A DNA stretch of 64,000 nt from the NCBI GenBank assembly GCA_002269645.1, contig NIVC01000722.1, forward strand, positions 157,963 through 221,962, given 5' to 3'. Of this stretch, positions 24,801 to 34,570 are shown piece after piece. Each line of letters starts with the position of its first letter. Position 1 is the first letter of the stretch. This DNA is from Macrostomum lignano (lineage: Eukaryota). The notes under the pieces are model-generated. The model was not told the DNA's origin. It did no database searches and saw only the letters and a program-made list of their open reading frames with translations. The translations under genes were made by a program, and so were the position numbers.

Positions 24801-26831
24801 ACGCCGAAACCGACGCGTTCCTATGCAGAGGTGACGAAGTCTGCATACGAGGAAGACAGAGCACGTACAGCTGAAGCATCTCCCCAGCTCGCAACTTCTC
24901 AAAGTCTGCCGCGCTGCCGAGCATTGCTTACGGATCATCTGAAGCCGCCTTTGCCGCGCGACAAGCTCATCAAAGCTCAACAGGATGACCCAGCTATTGG
25001 CTACGTTTACAAGTTGATCAAGGAGAATCAACCGAAACCAGCGTTTGACGATCAATTACGACTTAGCAGAGAGCAACGGAATCTGCTAGGATACTACGAG
25101 TTACTGTTCCTCGAGCGAGATCTACTCATGATCAACATGACGGAAAAGGACACTCCACCGAAGATTGTCTTACCAGTAGCTCTCGACAACGAAGTTTTTA
25201 ACGAGCTCCACAATTCGCCTTTAGCAGGACACCAAGGACAGCGAAAGACCGCCCAACGTGTGCGCGAAAGATTCTGGCGAACAGGTCTAGTCCGAGCCAT
25301 TGAGACCTACGTCAGCAAATGCCGAACCTGCCTAGAGAGCAAGTCACGACGAAAACAGCAAGTGCCAGTGCAGAGCTTTCCAGTCTGCGAAGTTTTTGGA
25401 AGACTTCACATGGATGTGATCGGACCAATTGCGCAACCGTCCAAAGGAGGTCATCGATACATCCTGACACTCTGCTGTGCGACATCAAAGTTTCCGATAG
25501 CTTATCCGATGAGAAATCAGAAAGCTAAAACCGTTATCCGATTACTACAGGACCGATTTATTCCAGAATACGGAGTTCCAGCTTGGATTCACACGGACCA
25601 AGGCACGAACTTTACAGGAAACGCCTTCAAGAAGTTCTGTGATCTCTACGCTATCAGGCACACGACAACGACGCCGTACAACCCAGCATCCAACGGACTG
25701 GTAGAAAATCTGAACAAGCAGATCAAGAGCATTCTGACATGTCTCCTCGAGCACGATCATCGCGATTGGGACACATTTCTGCCAGCGTGCATGATTGCTC
25801 TTCGATCCAGCGTTCATCCAGTCACAGGCTATACGCCTTACTTCTTAGTCTATGGCCGAGAATACAGGATGCCTCTCGACAATTCATTGAAGCTACTCCC
25901 GGAGTACGCTAACCTGCCTGATTACGTCGCAGAATTTCAGCAACGCCTCAAGCACGCCACGGACCTCGCCAAGGAACGGCTAGGCCTGCATCAGCAAGCG
26001 CGAGACGAACACTACGAGAACCGACCAGCAGCTAAGAAGCTACAGCCGGGAGATCTCGTCTTCTTGAACAACCCGGTCCTACACGAAGATGAAGCAGCAA
26101 AGTTCCACAGGCCAAGGAGATCGTTGTACGAAGTGGTGGAAAGCAAAGGAGAGGTCGTCTACAAGATTCGACGGAAGGTTCGACACCCTCGAGAACGACC
26201 GGACGAGATGGTAGTTCATCGCCGGAACCTCCTCCTTGTGCCCACTTCAGATTATCCAATTGCAGATCTCGAAGGGCCAGCTGAACCGAAGAAGCATCGC
26301 CGAGTTCATCAGGCTGACGCCGGAGCTGCGACACTCCCCGCCATCTCTGAGGACTCTGACGAAGAAGACGACCTGGACACGAGACCCGCCTATCGCTGGC
26401 GACTCCGATCAGCTGCTCAGCCAGGCGCGCGTCCAACCGAAGTCCGCATCCAGGAACCTGAAGTTATGGAGAGGAGAGTAGAGCTTGAGTCACTGCTGTA
26501 TGATTCTTGCGACGCTCCATCCGCTCCTACAGTTGAACAGCAGAGGCGACCTGAAATTGAAATTAGCGACAGGATTAACCTAGACTCTGATAGGAATAAT
26601 CAATGTAATAGTCATGTTATGTCGGCCAATTTGCCAAATAATAGTCATGTTTTGTCGGCCAATTTGCCATCAACTAGTCAAGTCGAATGGGCCGTCAAGG
26701 ACAGGCCAGTTAGGGCTCGAAGGGAACCTGACCGCTTGGTTCTAAAACCAAAGTCAAAGTCCTACTTGAGCCGGTTAGTTAACTTTTGCCGCCGGCCTCG
26801 TGCCTGTTCCAGCGCTGAAAAGCAAAACTAA
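21705..26831 (+). CDS. pol: Pol (PR-RT-RNaseH-repeat linker-IN) in the -1 frame relative to gag
   Basis: LLDSGS; LDLVQGFYQI, LPMGL, YMDD; TDASD, ELLAIV, DHKAL; HNSPLAGH..CRTC, HMD, HTDQG, NGLVE; no stop codons. Confidence 0.97.
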   Translation: MSVQTPIISAVYGKRPAGGRKRQRPPSSSPGYAADTEHAPEEYGSAAAAADSSESSVNEETLEGGFVDASFVNTVHARDADPFITGRVARREVAFLLDSGSRRNFLGASTWAAIRRRSPRCIVAPAYPNRVAMYDGTELSLAAKVILSIEFGDYVAETEFFVAEGDCENLLGIDFMRSHCQGLDFQQGMLTFRQGTRLPVRYSRRELKACRVYVAEKCTLPPQCSCLVAIKLAEGHQQNYGSPMIIEPLKSGLRAKHHQLDAAPVLHTMTEGRGVMEVLNPSDTEVHLRRNMLMGVATPLMTQDLEYFSESNEPEVRQLITTEETTDSWINEVDIGDQLNSHQKHQVQEVLKECEKAFSLTPLDHGLTHLVTHEIVLTDSTPIAIPPRRIPPHLRPQLDQMLDDMLKKGIIRPTYSSYNSPMILVPKKDKTIRIVHDFRAINDVTLKHPYPIPHIQETFAKLKGAQWYSSLDLVQGFYQIPLREEDQDITAFSVLDRGQFCFKVLPMGLTDSPGSFQRCINQLLEGLAPQAALGYMDDIVVHAVTFEDHLDRLRQVLNRIIAANLKLKPKKCHLFKKELHYLGHVITPEGLRTSEDKIAQIRSWPTPRTVRQLRSFLGLANYYKKFVEDYSGIAAPLHALTRKDLQGFQRHWTQQHQTAFETLKSKLCSTEVLALPEFNEDPKVKFILDTDASDTQIGACLGQLQSDGIERPIAFFSRKLRDPEVRYTVTKRELLAIVDAMRHFREYLIGKKFEVRSDHKALLWLLRQTESTGILGRWVQRISEFQFTISHRKGTDHTNADALSRRPDTPPLECDYGVLQDVDAVLACHREETGDTTQRECRRIKETDPGIDSEATAPAALSIKTHNRDPEAETDLDNEPEATAPAALCRVLHCSRRSQETASLDEDTEATAPAALCRATHARRHFKETNLDEVQEATVPSALSNDSHQVYLQSLETDLDEDSEATAPAALPVERHCSDLGRKFTAEESRCSSMSRQTQQVEPSRCSSMSLQPTTHYQRVDDMSCAMTRLRPTPKPTRSYAEVTKSAYEEDRARTAEASPQLATSQSLPRCRALLTDHLKPPLPRDKLIKAQQDDPAIGYVYKLIKENQPKPAFDDQLRLSREQRNLLGYYELLFLERDLLMINMTEKDTPPKIVLPVALDNEVFNELHNSPLAGHQGQRKTAQRVRERFWRTGLVRAIETYVSKCRTCLESKSRRKQQVPVQSFPVCEVFGRLHMDVIGPIAQPSKGGHRYILTLCCATSKFPIAYPMRNQKAKTVIRLLQDRFIPEYGVPAWIHTDQGTNFTGNAFKKFCDLYAIRHTTTTPYNPASNGLVENLNKQIKSILTCLLEHDHRDWDTFLPACMIALRSSVHPVTGYTPYFLVYGREYRMPLDNSLKLLPEYANLPDYVAEFQQRLKHATDLAKERLGLHQQARDEHYENRPAAKKLQPGDLVFLNNPVLHEDEAAKFHRPRRSLYEVVESKGEVVYKIRRKVRHPRERPDEMVVHRRNLLLVPTSDYPIADLEGPAEPKKHRRVHQADAGAATLPAISEDSDEEDDLDTRPAYRWRLRSAAQPGARPTEVRIQEPEVMERRVELESLLYDSCDAPSAPTVEQQRRPEIEISDRINLDSDRNNQCNSHVMSANLPNNSHVLSANLPSTSQVEWAVKDRPVRARREPDRLVLKPKSKSYLSRLVNFCRRPRACSSAEKQN
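21741..21747 (+). promoter_or_regulatory. -1 ribosomal frameshift slippery heptamer G GGA AAC
   Basis: X XXY YYZ in the correct gag phase inside the gag/pol overlap; slippage joins to pol GKRPAGGRK. Confidence 0.8.
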
Positions 26832-26836
26832 AAACA

Positions 26837-27973
26837 ATGACGGGAAAAGAAAACAAGAGGCGCCGAGATCGGGAACCGTCCCGGACACCCTCGCCAGCCA
26901 GCGGCCGAAAGCACACTCGACCCTCGCGGCCCGCCAGCAGAATTCGAACTATCCCAGTGCCCAGCCAGGATCCGGCTCGCCGTCGACGGAGCCGCTGGGA
27001 CGAGCGTCCGCGCCAAGAAGCCAATATAGAAGTACGCAGGCTGGCACCGCTGCAGCTACCTCACCTCGACGATCGCCTCACAGTCGCCAGAGAGCGGGCC
27101 GCCGCCATTAGGCTCCGGCTCGATCCGCCCCAGGCGATTATGGCCGATGCCCGGTTGCCAGCTGCCGACAAGGCAACCTCGCCAGAACGGCCTGGCTCTT
27201 CTCCGACGCAGCCACCGGCCGAGCCACCGGTGCCTAGCTCGCGGGAACCACCGCGCCCACACGACGCCGAAAACGCGCTTGATTTGATTGGGAGCTTATC
27301 GAGCTCTCTGCAGGAAGAGCCAAGCGAAGAGCTGCTTCCAGCACTTCAAGAGCTCCTGGCCCCTGACGCTCAGGCTGCCCCGAACGCAGCCCTGCCAGCT
27401 CCTTTCGACCCGCGAGTGGACGTACTGGACACGCCGCCTCAGCCGCAATCACCACCGCCGGCGCAGTATCTGGGCGTGCTATCGCCGCCGCCACAGCTTG
27501 ACATCATCAACCTGGATGACTACAGGACGCCGCCCACGCCGCCAACACCGCGCTTCCGCCGACCGTCGCCCGTGCCATCGCCGCCCCGCTTATTCAATCG
27601 AACGGAACTAGCGGAGGCCATCAGCGTCGCCATCCGGACTCGGCCTCAGCAAAGGGATGCAGCGACCCAAAGTGACTGCCTAAGCGTTGTACAAGAGGGG
27701 GCCATCATCGCTCTTACGGAGCTCCTAGTAGCAGCGGGGCTCAAAGGGCAGCTCTGCCGCAGGTGGCCTGACCGCATACAAGAGGAGTTCCGTGCGGCCG
27801 CGCCTGAGGAAAGGCGACGGGCCATCAAGGAGATCGGCCGTAGAACCGCCGAAGCCCTGCCGCCGCATCCGCCGCACGCCACTACACTCGAACTGGCGAT
27901 CCTCAAGCTTCTCTTTTTCCTGGGACAAGCCAACGATGTGCCGAGCCCTTTTGGCAAATTTGTGCGTTATTAA
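26837..27973 (+). CDS. ORF3: 378-aa Arg/Pro-rich protein of unknown function at the env position
   Basis: Intact ORF, ATG 5 nt after the pol stop in an AAAACAATG context; no signal peptide or convincing transmembrane anchor visible. Confidence 0.8.
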   Translation: MTGKENKRRRDREPSRTPSPASGRKHTRPSRPASRIRTIPVPSQDPARRRRSRWDERPRQEANIEVRRLAPLQLPHLDDRLTVARERAAAIRLRLDPPQAIMADARLPAADKATSPERPGSSPTQPPAEPPVPSSREPPRPHDAENALDLIGSLSSSLQEEPSEELLPALQELLAPDAQAAPNAALPAPFDPRVDVLDTPPQPQSPPPAQYLGVLSPPPQLDIINLDDYRTPPTPPTPRFRRPSPVPSPPRLFNRTELAEAISVAIRTRPQQRDAATQSDCLSVVQEGAIIALTELLVAAGLKGQLCRRWPDRIQEEFRAAAPEERRRAIKEIGRRTAEALPPHPPHATTLELAILKLLFFLGQANDVPSPFGKFVRY

Positions 27974-28337
27974 CAACATCAAATTTTGGCAATAGTAACA
28001 CTTTTACATTTACAAAAAAATTGCAATCAACAACATCAAATCTTTTCAATCTATTTCAAATTTTTTAATCACTTCAAAAATAATCAAAATAATCTTTATG
28101 CAAAATAATCATCTTAAATACGCATTTTGCTCCCTTTAACTTTTACAAAATAAGCAATCAATCATGTAGTAGGTATAATTCAACGCTGCCTTACTCAAGT
28201 ACACCATCTCTTTGTAGGCGCTTCATTTTACGGTCAGCTTTATTTGTAATAAATACTCATTATCCAGTGGCCTTGTTAGAGCCGATTTTTGTTTTCAAAT
28301 AAAATTGAATCATCGTTCCGCTGCTGCAATTTAATTT

Positions 28338-28349
28338 GGACGGGGAGAG
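28338..28349 (+). other. Polypurine tract (GGACGGGGAGAG)
   Basis: Immediately precedes the TG of the 3' LTR. Confidence 0.85.
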
Positions 28350-29127
28350 TGTAGTGACTGGCTGCTACTGGTTATTCAGCAGCATTCACTAGCTTTCCTT
28401 ATGAGTGCTGTGATCCGCTGCACAGTATCTCAGTCCACCTGAGCTAGTGAGAGAGTTACCCTGTGCTGGGCCTAAGTGTTTACTGCCCGATGACTCATCG
28501 CCTGAGCGGGCGCGGGCAGCCACACTCAATGTCTTCCCTGAGAGGCGTAGCAGGATGACTCATCACCTGCGCGGAGTGTAAGGGCTGCCTAGAGGGAGTA
28601 AACAGGATGACTCATCCGCCCACGTTTCTATTTTTAGCACAGACTAAGCACGTGACTGTGCACGCACTCTGTGCGTGGCCGCTGACCTTGAGTCACGCCA
28701 CTGCTGCGTGACAGGGTTGCCTTATTTGGAAGTTGGCCTTGGATCACGCGTCGTTCGCATGATTCCAATGCCCAAATAAGGAAGTTTCACGCGCTCACCG
28801 CATGAAACTCACGTGACTTTTGGGGGTCAGCTCGGCTATAAATACGGAGCATCTGCGAGCCATTTTTCTCCAGACTGCGTCGTCTCGCGGAGCATTGTGG
28901 CTAACTCGTGAAGCCTCTGCCTCCGAGCTCTCCTCTCTCATTTCAGGTTTTACAGGTTTCAGGTCCGAGCAGCATTCAACTAAGACGATCGACTGTCGAG
29001 ACATTTTCAGATTTGGCCTTTGCTCCGAGTGTCTTCGTTAATTTTATTTTCAGGTGACGGATAGACAACTCTGCCGACGCGTCGAGTCCGCACACCAAGG
29101 TGGCAGCAACCCTACCAAGTAACGGCA
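28350..29127 (+). repeat. 3' LTR, missing its last 61 bp
   Basis: Collinear with 19631-20423 apart from 9-nt and 6-nt net deletions; lacks the equivalent of 20424-20484. Confidence 0.93.
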
Positions 29128-29622
29128 CAAGCCTGGAAAGATGGCGCACAAACCAACTGGCGCCATTCTGCAACCCAACAGAATCGAAAACCCACTCGCC
29201 GTTAACACTTTTCCACGAGTCCACTATCAGCGCCCGCAATTCCGTGTACTACGGCTATTGTGAGACTGCAAGGAGTCGTGAAAATATGTCTGTAGTTGTA
29301 GAATGTCCTGAACGTCAGAATAACGACAATCGGCAAGCACAAGAGGGAAATCAGCCGCGATGAACCTGTTCGTTTATCGTTAAATTGGAAACTTGGTTTG
29401 TGATGACGTACAGTTGTGTGAGTTATTTTTTTATTTGTAGTTGTGTTGAGTTGTGTGAGGGAGGTTGAAAGGAAGTGGGGAAGGGATGTGCATTGTCGCG
29501 ATGGTCTTTGTTGCTTGCGTACGGTACTTGCTAAATATATGGAAGCGACTGGCTTTTTAGGAGCCTCAATTTTTCTTCTGCAGTAGACACGGTAGACAAA
29601 ATAATTAAGACTCGTAAGTGCT
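29128..29622. repeat. 495-bp direct duplication, right copy
   Basis: Begins exactly where the 3' LTR breaks; matches 19131-19625. Confidence 0.95.
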
Positions 29623-30106
29623 TAGTCTTAATTTAACGTCTAGGAATTTATATGGCACATGAAGACTCTCTTTACCTCGCGATTTGGAACTTCGGTTCAC
29701 GATAACGGCAATGCCCGCATTTCATTTAAATAAACAACTACCTGCTTTACAACAACGATTGTGTCCGTTAATATATCATCTCTTTGACTGCTGCGACTTC
29801 ATCTACAATGTCATGTTAGGAAATATTACAATCTAATCAGACAACATCAAGGCTCGCTTTGACTGGTTTTTACAGCTCAATGACGTCATTTCTACGCCCC
29901 GTTCATTTAGTCCGGACAAACAAAACCAGTTGAGTCTCCGAGGGAACTCCCACTGCAGTCTTCGACTTCAACTTGCTGTTGATAGAGGAGGACTTTTCTA
30001 GCCACAGGAGCACCTCTTTTCAACTGGGTGTCAAAGAGCTTGCAAAAAGGCTCGATATGATGCTCTGCAGGACTCACTGCACGAATCGGCGCGACGTGTA
30101 AGTGCA

Positions 30107-30429
30107 AGAAATCGTAACGCGATTTTTTAACTGATGGCCTCCAGCCTCCATATCTGGCTCCCTGCGATTTTTTCTACTCAAGAAGCTCAAGGAGGTGCTC
30201 AAAGGAACTCGTTTCCCCGGCATAGAAGCTATCAGGAGAGCAAGGACAATGGAACTCCCGGAGAATTCCTTAAGAAGCCTTCCAGTACCGCATGGAGGCG
30301 TGGCGCAGGATAGACAAGTGCATTAAACTCAAGGGAGAACTTTTGAAAGGCAGCTCAGATTCTGCTTGACTTTTGCTGCTGCTAATTTTTTATGAGTTCA
30401 GTCCTGGAGCTTTGGTGACACACCTTGTA
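30107..30429 (+). mobile_element. Mariner (Tc1/mariner) 3' remnant
   Basis: Broken frames give LAPCDF..KKLKEVLKGTRF..IEAIRRA..EAFQ..MEAWRR.DKCIKLKGE; TIR-like end ...GACACACCTTG followed by TA. Confidence 0.85.
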
Positions 30430-30699
30430 TTTACCATAATACGCTCATATACTATCAGAACATTCACACGTCTCTTCTGCATGCTGTTGTAGTCAAATGA
30501 GCTCACAGTATGCGGCTTTATCCTTCCTTATTGTGTTACAGAAAGTTTAATGTTGTCGCCTTATTGAAACATTTTGCACGCAATAATATGAATTTGTATG
30601 TACTTCTGTTGTCAATTAAATACAATAGATTCACTCGTTTCCTGTCTACACTTGAAAATCAGTTGATTTTGTTTTTGGCGCGCGTATTAGTAAAATATT

Positions 30700-31135
30700 T
30701 TGACTTTGTACTGCCAGTGACTTTTGACTTCCAATGATTTCGTACTGCCAGTGACATTTAACTGACAGTCACATTTGATTTCCAGTGACATTTGACTGTG
30801 TGACTTTTGACTTCCAGTGAATTTCTATTGCCAGGGACTTTGTACTTCAGTGACACTTGACAGCCAGTGACTTTGTACTTTAGTGACATTTGACAGTCAG
30901 TGACTTTTAACTGCCAGTGACATTTAACTGCCAGTGACTTTTGACTGCCAGTGACATTTGACTGCCAGTGACATTTGACTGCCAGTGACATTTGACTGCC
31001 AGTGACATTTGACTGCCAGTGACATTTGACTGCCAGAGACTTTTGACTGCCAGTGACATTTGACAGCCAGTGACATTTGACTGCCAGAGACTTTTGACAG
31101 CCAGTGACATTTGACTGCCAGAGACTTTTGACTGC
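30700..31135. repeat. 17-bp minisatellite (CTGCCAGTGACATTTGA)
   Basis: Tandem units at the donor end of CCDC148 intron 2. Confidence 0.95.
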
Positions 31136-31263
31136 CGACAATCTAGGTTAGGGTTAGACATAAGGTTGGGATCGGAGGTGAATCTGTGGCAGTCAAAAGT
31201 CGCAGATCCACCTAGAATCCAGTGTATCAGACTGATCCGTGGCAAGCCAGCGCAGCTGCTCAC

Positions 31264-31417
31264 CAGTCTGGTGTCCCGGCTCCAGCTCGTCGAAGCAGCA
31301 GGCTTCATCGTCCGCGCCGCCAACGCTGATGCCAAAATCGGCGGCCAAGCTCGCGAGCTCCTGCTCCAAGTTGGCCGACTCGCGATCCAGTGTGGCCAGG
31401 ATGTCTGACTGCTTCGC
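31264..31417 (-). CDS. CCDC148: CCDC148 coding exon 2
   Basis: AKQSDILATLDRESANLEQEL; acceptor actcag|GCG (phase 0), donor ACTG|gtgag (phase 1), matching exon 3 across a 16.5-kb intron. Confidence 0.82.
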
Positions 31418-31499
31418 CTGAGTGACAGATTTCAACAATTGGCGTGTCAGACTATGTGCTCAGATCTTACATGTGTCTTTTTAGTGAACTGAGCAGTCT

Positions 31500-32860
31500 G
31501 AATCTACTTCTCAAGCATCTACTTACGATCTCAGTAAAATTCTCATCCAACTATAATTCCAACTTGCCTCTTATCCCAACATAATTTCAACCTACTCGTA
31601 CTTATCCAACTCACTAATAATTTCAATCTACTTCTCATCCAACTCACTCATAGCCTCAATCTACTTCTCATCCAACTCACTCATAGTCTCAATCTACTTC
31701 TCAGCCACTCATAACTTCAATCTACTTCTCATCCAACTCACTCATAATCTCAATCTACTTCTCATCCAACTCACTAATAATCTCAATCTACTTCTCATCC
31801 AACTCACTAATAATCTCAATCTACTTCTCATCCAACTCACTAATAATCTCAATCTACTTCTCATCCACTCATAACCTCAATATACTTCTCATCCAACTCA
31901 CTAATAATCTCAATCTACTTCTCATCCACTCATAACCTCAATATACTTCTCAGCCACTTCATAATCTTAATCTACTTCTCATCCAACCCACTAATAATCC
32001 CAATCTACTTCTCATCCAACTCACTAATAATCACAATCTACTTCTCATCCACTCATAACCTCAATCTACTTCTCAGCCACTCATAATCCCAATCTACTTC
32101 TCATCCAACTCACTAATAATCCCAATCTACTTCTCATCCACTCATAACCTAAATCTACTTCTCATTCACTCATAACCTCAATCTACTTCTCATCCACTCA
32201 TAACCTCAATCTACTTCTCAGCCACTCATAATCTCAATCTACTTCTCATCCAACTCACTAATAATCCCAATCTACTTCTCATCCACTCATAACCTAAATC
32301 TACTTCTCAGCCACTCATAATCTCAATCTACTTCTCATCCACTCATAACCTCAATCTACTTCTCAGCCACTCATAATCTCAATCTACTTCTCATCCAACT
32401 CACTAATAATCACAATCTACTTCTCATCCAACTCACTAATAATCCCAATCTACTTCTCATCCAACTCACTAATAATCCCAATCTACTTCTCATCCAACTC
32501 ACTAATAATCTCAATCTACTTCTCATCCACTCATAACTCATAACTTAAATCTCATAACTTAAATCTACTTCTCAGCCACTCATAATCTCAATCTACTTCT
32601 CATCCACTCATAATCTCAATCTACTTATCAGCCACTCATAATCTCAATCTACTTCTCAGCCACTCATAATCTCAATCTACTTCTCACCAACTCACTAATA
32701 ATCTCAATCTACTTCTCATCCACTCATAACCTCAATCTACTTATCAGCCACTCATAATCTCAATCTACTTCTCAGCCACTCATAATCTCAATCTACTTCT
32801 CACCAACTCACTAATAATCTCAATCTACTTCTCATCCACTCATAACCTCAATCTACCTCA
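31500..32860. repeat. 28/33-bp minisatellite (CTCAATCTACTTCTCATCC[AACTC]ACT[C/A]ATAA[T/C])
   Basis: Fills CCDC148 intron 1. Confidence 0.96.
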
Positions 32861-32867
32861 ATCTCAC

Positions 32868-33344
32868 CTTCATATCAGCTACCAGACTTTGAATCTCGCG
32901 TGGATCCCCAGCTGAGCCTTCCTCGCCGCCGCCTTCCCGATGCTGACAGAAGAACTTCAAATCTTCACAGAGCAACCAGTAGGGCTGCACGGTGTCCTCC
33001 TTGAATATGTCCCTATCCTGCTGCATGGCCATGTCCAAGCTCTCCAGCTCGGAGGCCACGGAGTGCAGTTCGCTGCCTGGCGGAAACGCGCTATGTAGAA
33101 ACGATTCGGCCTCCTTGGCGTGTCGCAGGCGAAGCTTCCGCAAACGGAGGCACTCTTTCTTCCAAGCCAGCCGGTGCTGCTTCAACAGATGCCGCTCCTT
33201 GCCTTGCGACTGCAGCTCGGCCAGCTTATTGGCTTTGGCCTCGGCCGCGGCGGAGCTGCGCTTCTGGGCCTCCGCCTGCTGACGCAGACCAGCATAGTCT
33301 ATGGGCTTCAGGCGCTTGCGGGCCTGGATCTCAGCCGCGTCCAT
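32868..33344 (-). CDS. CCDC148: CCDC148 coding exon 1
   Basis: LKPIDYAGLRQQAEAQK...LLKQHRLAWKKE matches recalled CCDC148 KPVDYQQLR...LIKQHKQVW; donor AAG|gtgag (phase 0). Confidence 0.88.
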
Positions 33345-33459
33345 TCCTGATTGATTCTGCGCGCGATTCCGTTCAGGTGCCTGGGGCCGGCTGCTGCGGG
33401 ATCAGGGCGAACAGTGGCATTTTTTACTGATTCCTCATTTAGCCCGAATCCCCTTACTG

Positions 33460-34570
33460 ACCTGGGAAATCTACCTCATCAGTCTCTAATGGGGTAGGTT
33501 ATTAAGGAGATCCACCTCATCCGTCTCAGGTGGGGCAGGTTATTAAGGATCTCCACCTCATCAGTTTCAGGTGGGGTAGGTTATTAATGAGATCCACCTC
33601 ATCAGTCTCAGGTGGGGCAGATTATTAATTATATCCACCTCATCAGTCTCAGGTGGGGTAGGTAATTAATGATATCCACCTCATTAGTTTCAGGTGAGGC
33701 AGGTTATTAATGATATCCACCTCATCAGTCTCAGGTGGGGCAGGTTATTAATGATATCCACCTCATCAGTCTCAGGTGGGGCAGGTTATTAATGATATCC
33801 ACCTCATCAGTCTCAGGTGGGGCAGGTTATTAAGGATCTCCACCTCATCCGTCTCAGGTGGGGCAGGTTATTAAGGAGATCCACCTCATTAGTTTCAGGT
33901 GGGGCAGGTTATTAAGGATCTCCACCTCATCCGTCTCAGGTGGGGCAGGTTATTAAGGAGATCCACCTCATTAGTTTCAGGTGGGGCAGGTTATTAAGGA
34001 TCTCCACCTCATCCGTCTCAGGTGGGGCAGGTTATTAAGGATCTCCACCTCATCCGTCTCAGATGGGGCAGGTTATTAAGGATCTCCACCTCATCCGTCT
34101 CAGGTGGGGCAGGTTATTAAGGATCTCCACCTCATCCGTCTCAAGTGGGGCAGGTTATTAAGGATCTCCACCTCATCAGTTTCAGGTGGGGTAGGTTATT
34201 AATGAGATCCACCTCATCAGTCTCAGGTGGGGCAGATTATTAATTATATCCACCTCATCAGTCTCAGGTGGGGTAGGTAATTAATGATATCCACCTCATT
34301 AGTTTCAGGTGAGGCAGGTTATTAATGATATCCACCTCATCCGTCTCAGGTAGGGCAGGTTATTAAGGATCTCCACCTTATTAGTTTCAGATGGGGCAGG
34401 TTATTAAGGATCTCCACCTTATTAGTTTCAGATGGGGCAGGTTATTAAGGATCTCCACCTTATTACTTTCAGATGGGGCAGGTTATTAAGGATCTCCACC
34501 TTATTAGTTTCAGATGGGGCAGGTTATTAAGGATCTCCACCTTATTACTTTCAGATGCGGCAGGTTATCC
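33460..34570. repeat. 41-bp minisatellite (TCAGGTGGGGCAGGTTATTAAGGATCTCCACCTCATCCGTC)
   Basis: About 26 units; each junction has a CCACCT-N10-AGGTGG mini-hairpin. Confidence 0.96.

Larger units (their letters stand above)
19631..29127 (+). mobile_element. Ty3/Gypsy LTR retrotransposon (gag, pol, ORF3), antisense in CCDC148 intron 2
   Basis: Paired LTRs, PBS, PPT, and PR-RT-RH-IN domain order in an uninterrupted pol. Confidence 0.97.

Noticed and set aside
26200-26831. Chromodomain at the pol C-terminus
   Set aside because: Tail is low-complexity with a 30-bp duplication and an RxxRxRxxPxR motif; no chromodomain aromatic pattern seen
26837-27973. ORF3 as an env gene
   Set aside because: No signal peptide, furin site plus fusion peptide, or clear transmembrane anchor; the protein is basic and Pro-rich
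29602-29645. Helitron 3' end (AATTAAGACT...AGTCTTAATT hairpin then CTAG)
   Set aside because: Hairpin is AT-rich, CTAG is not followed by T, and no 5' TC end or RepHel sequence was found
31144-31170. Interstitial telomere repeat
   Set aside because: Only about two TTAGGG-like units
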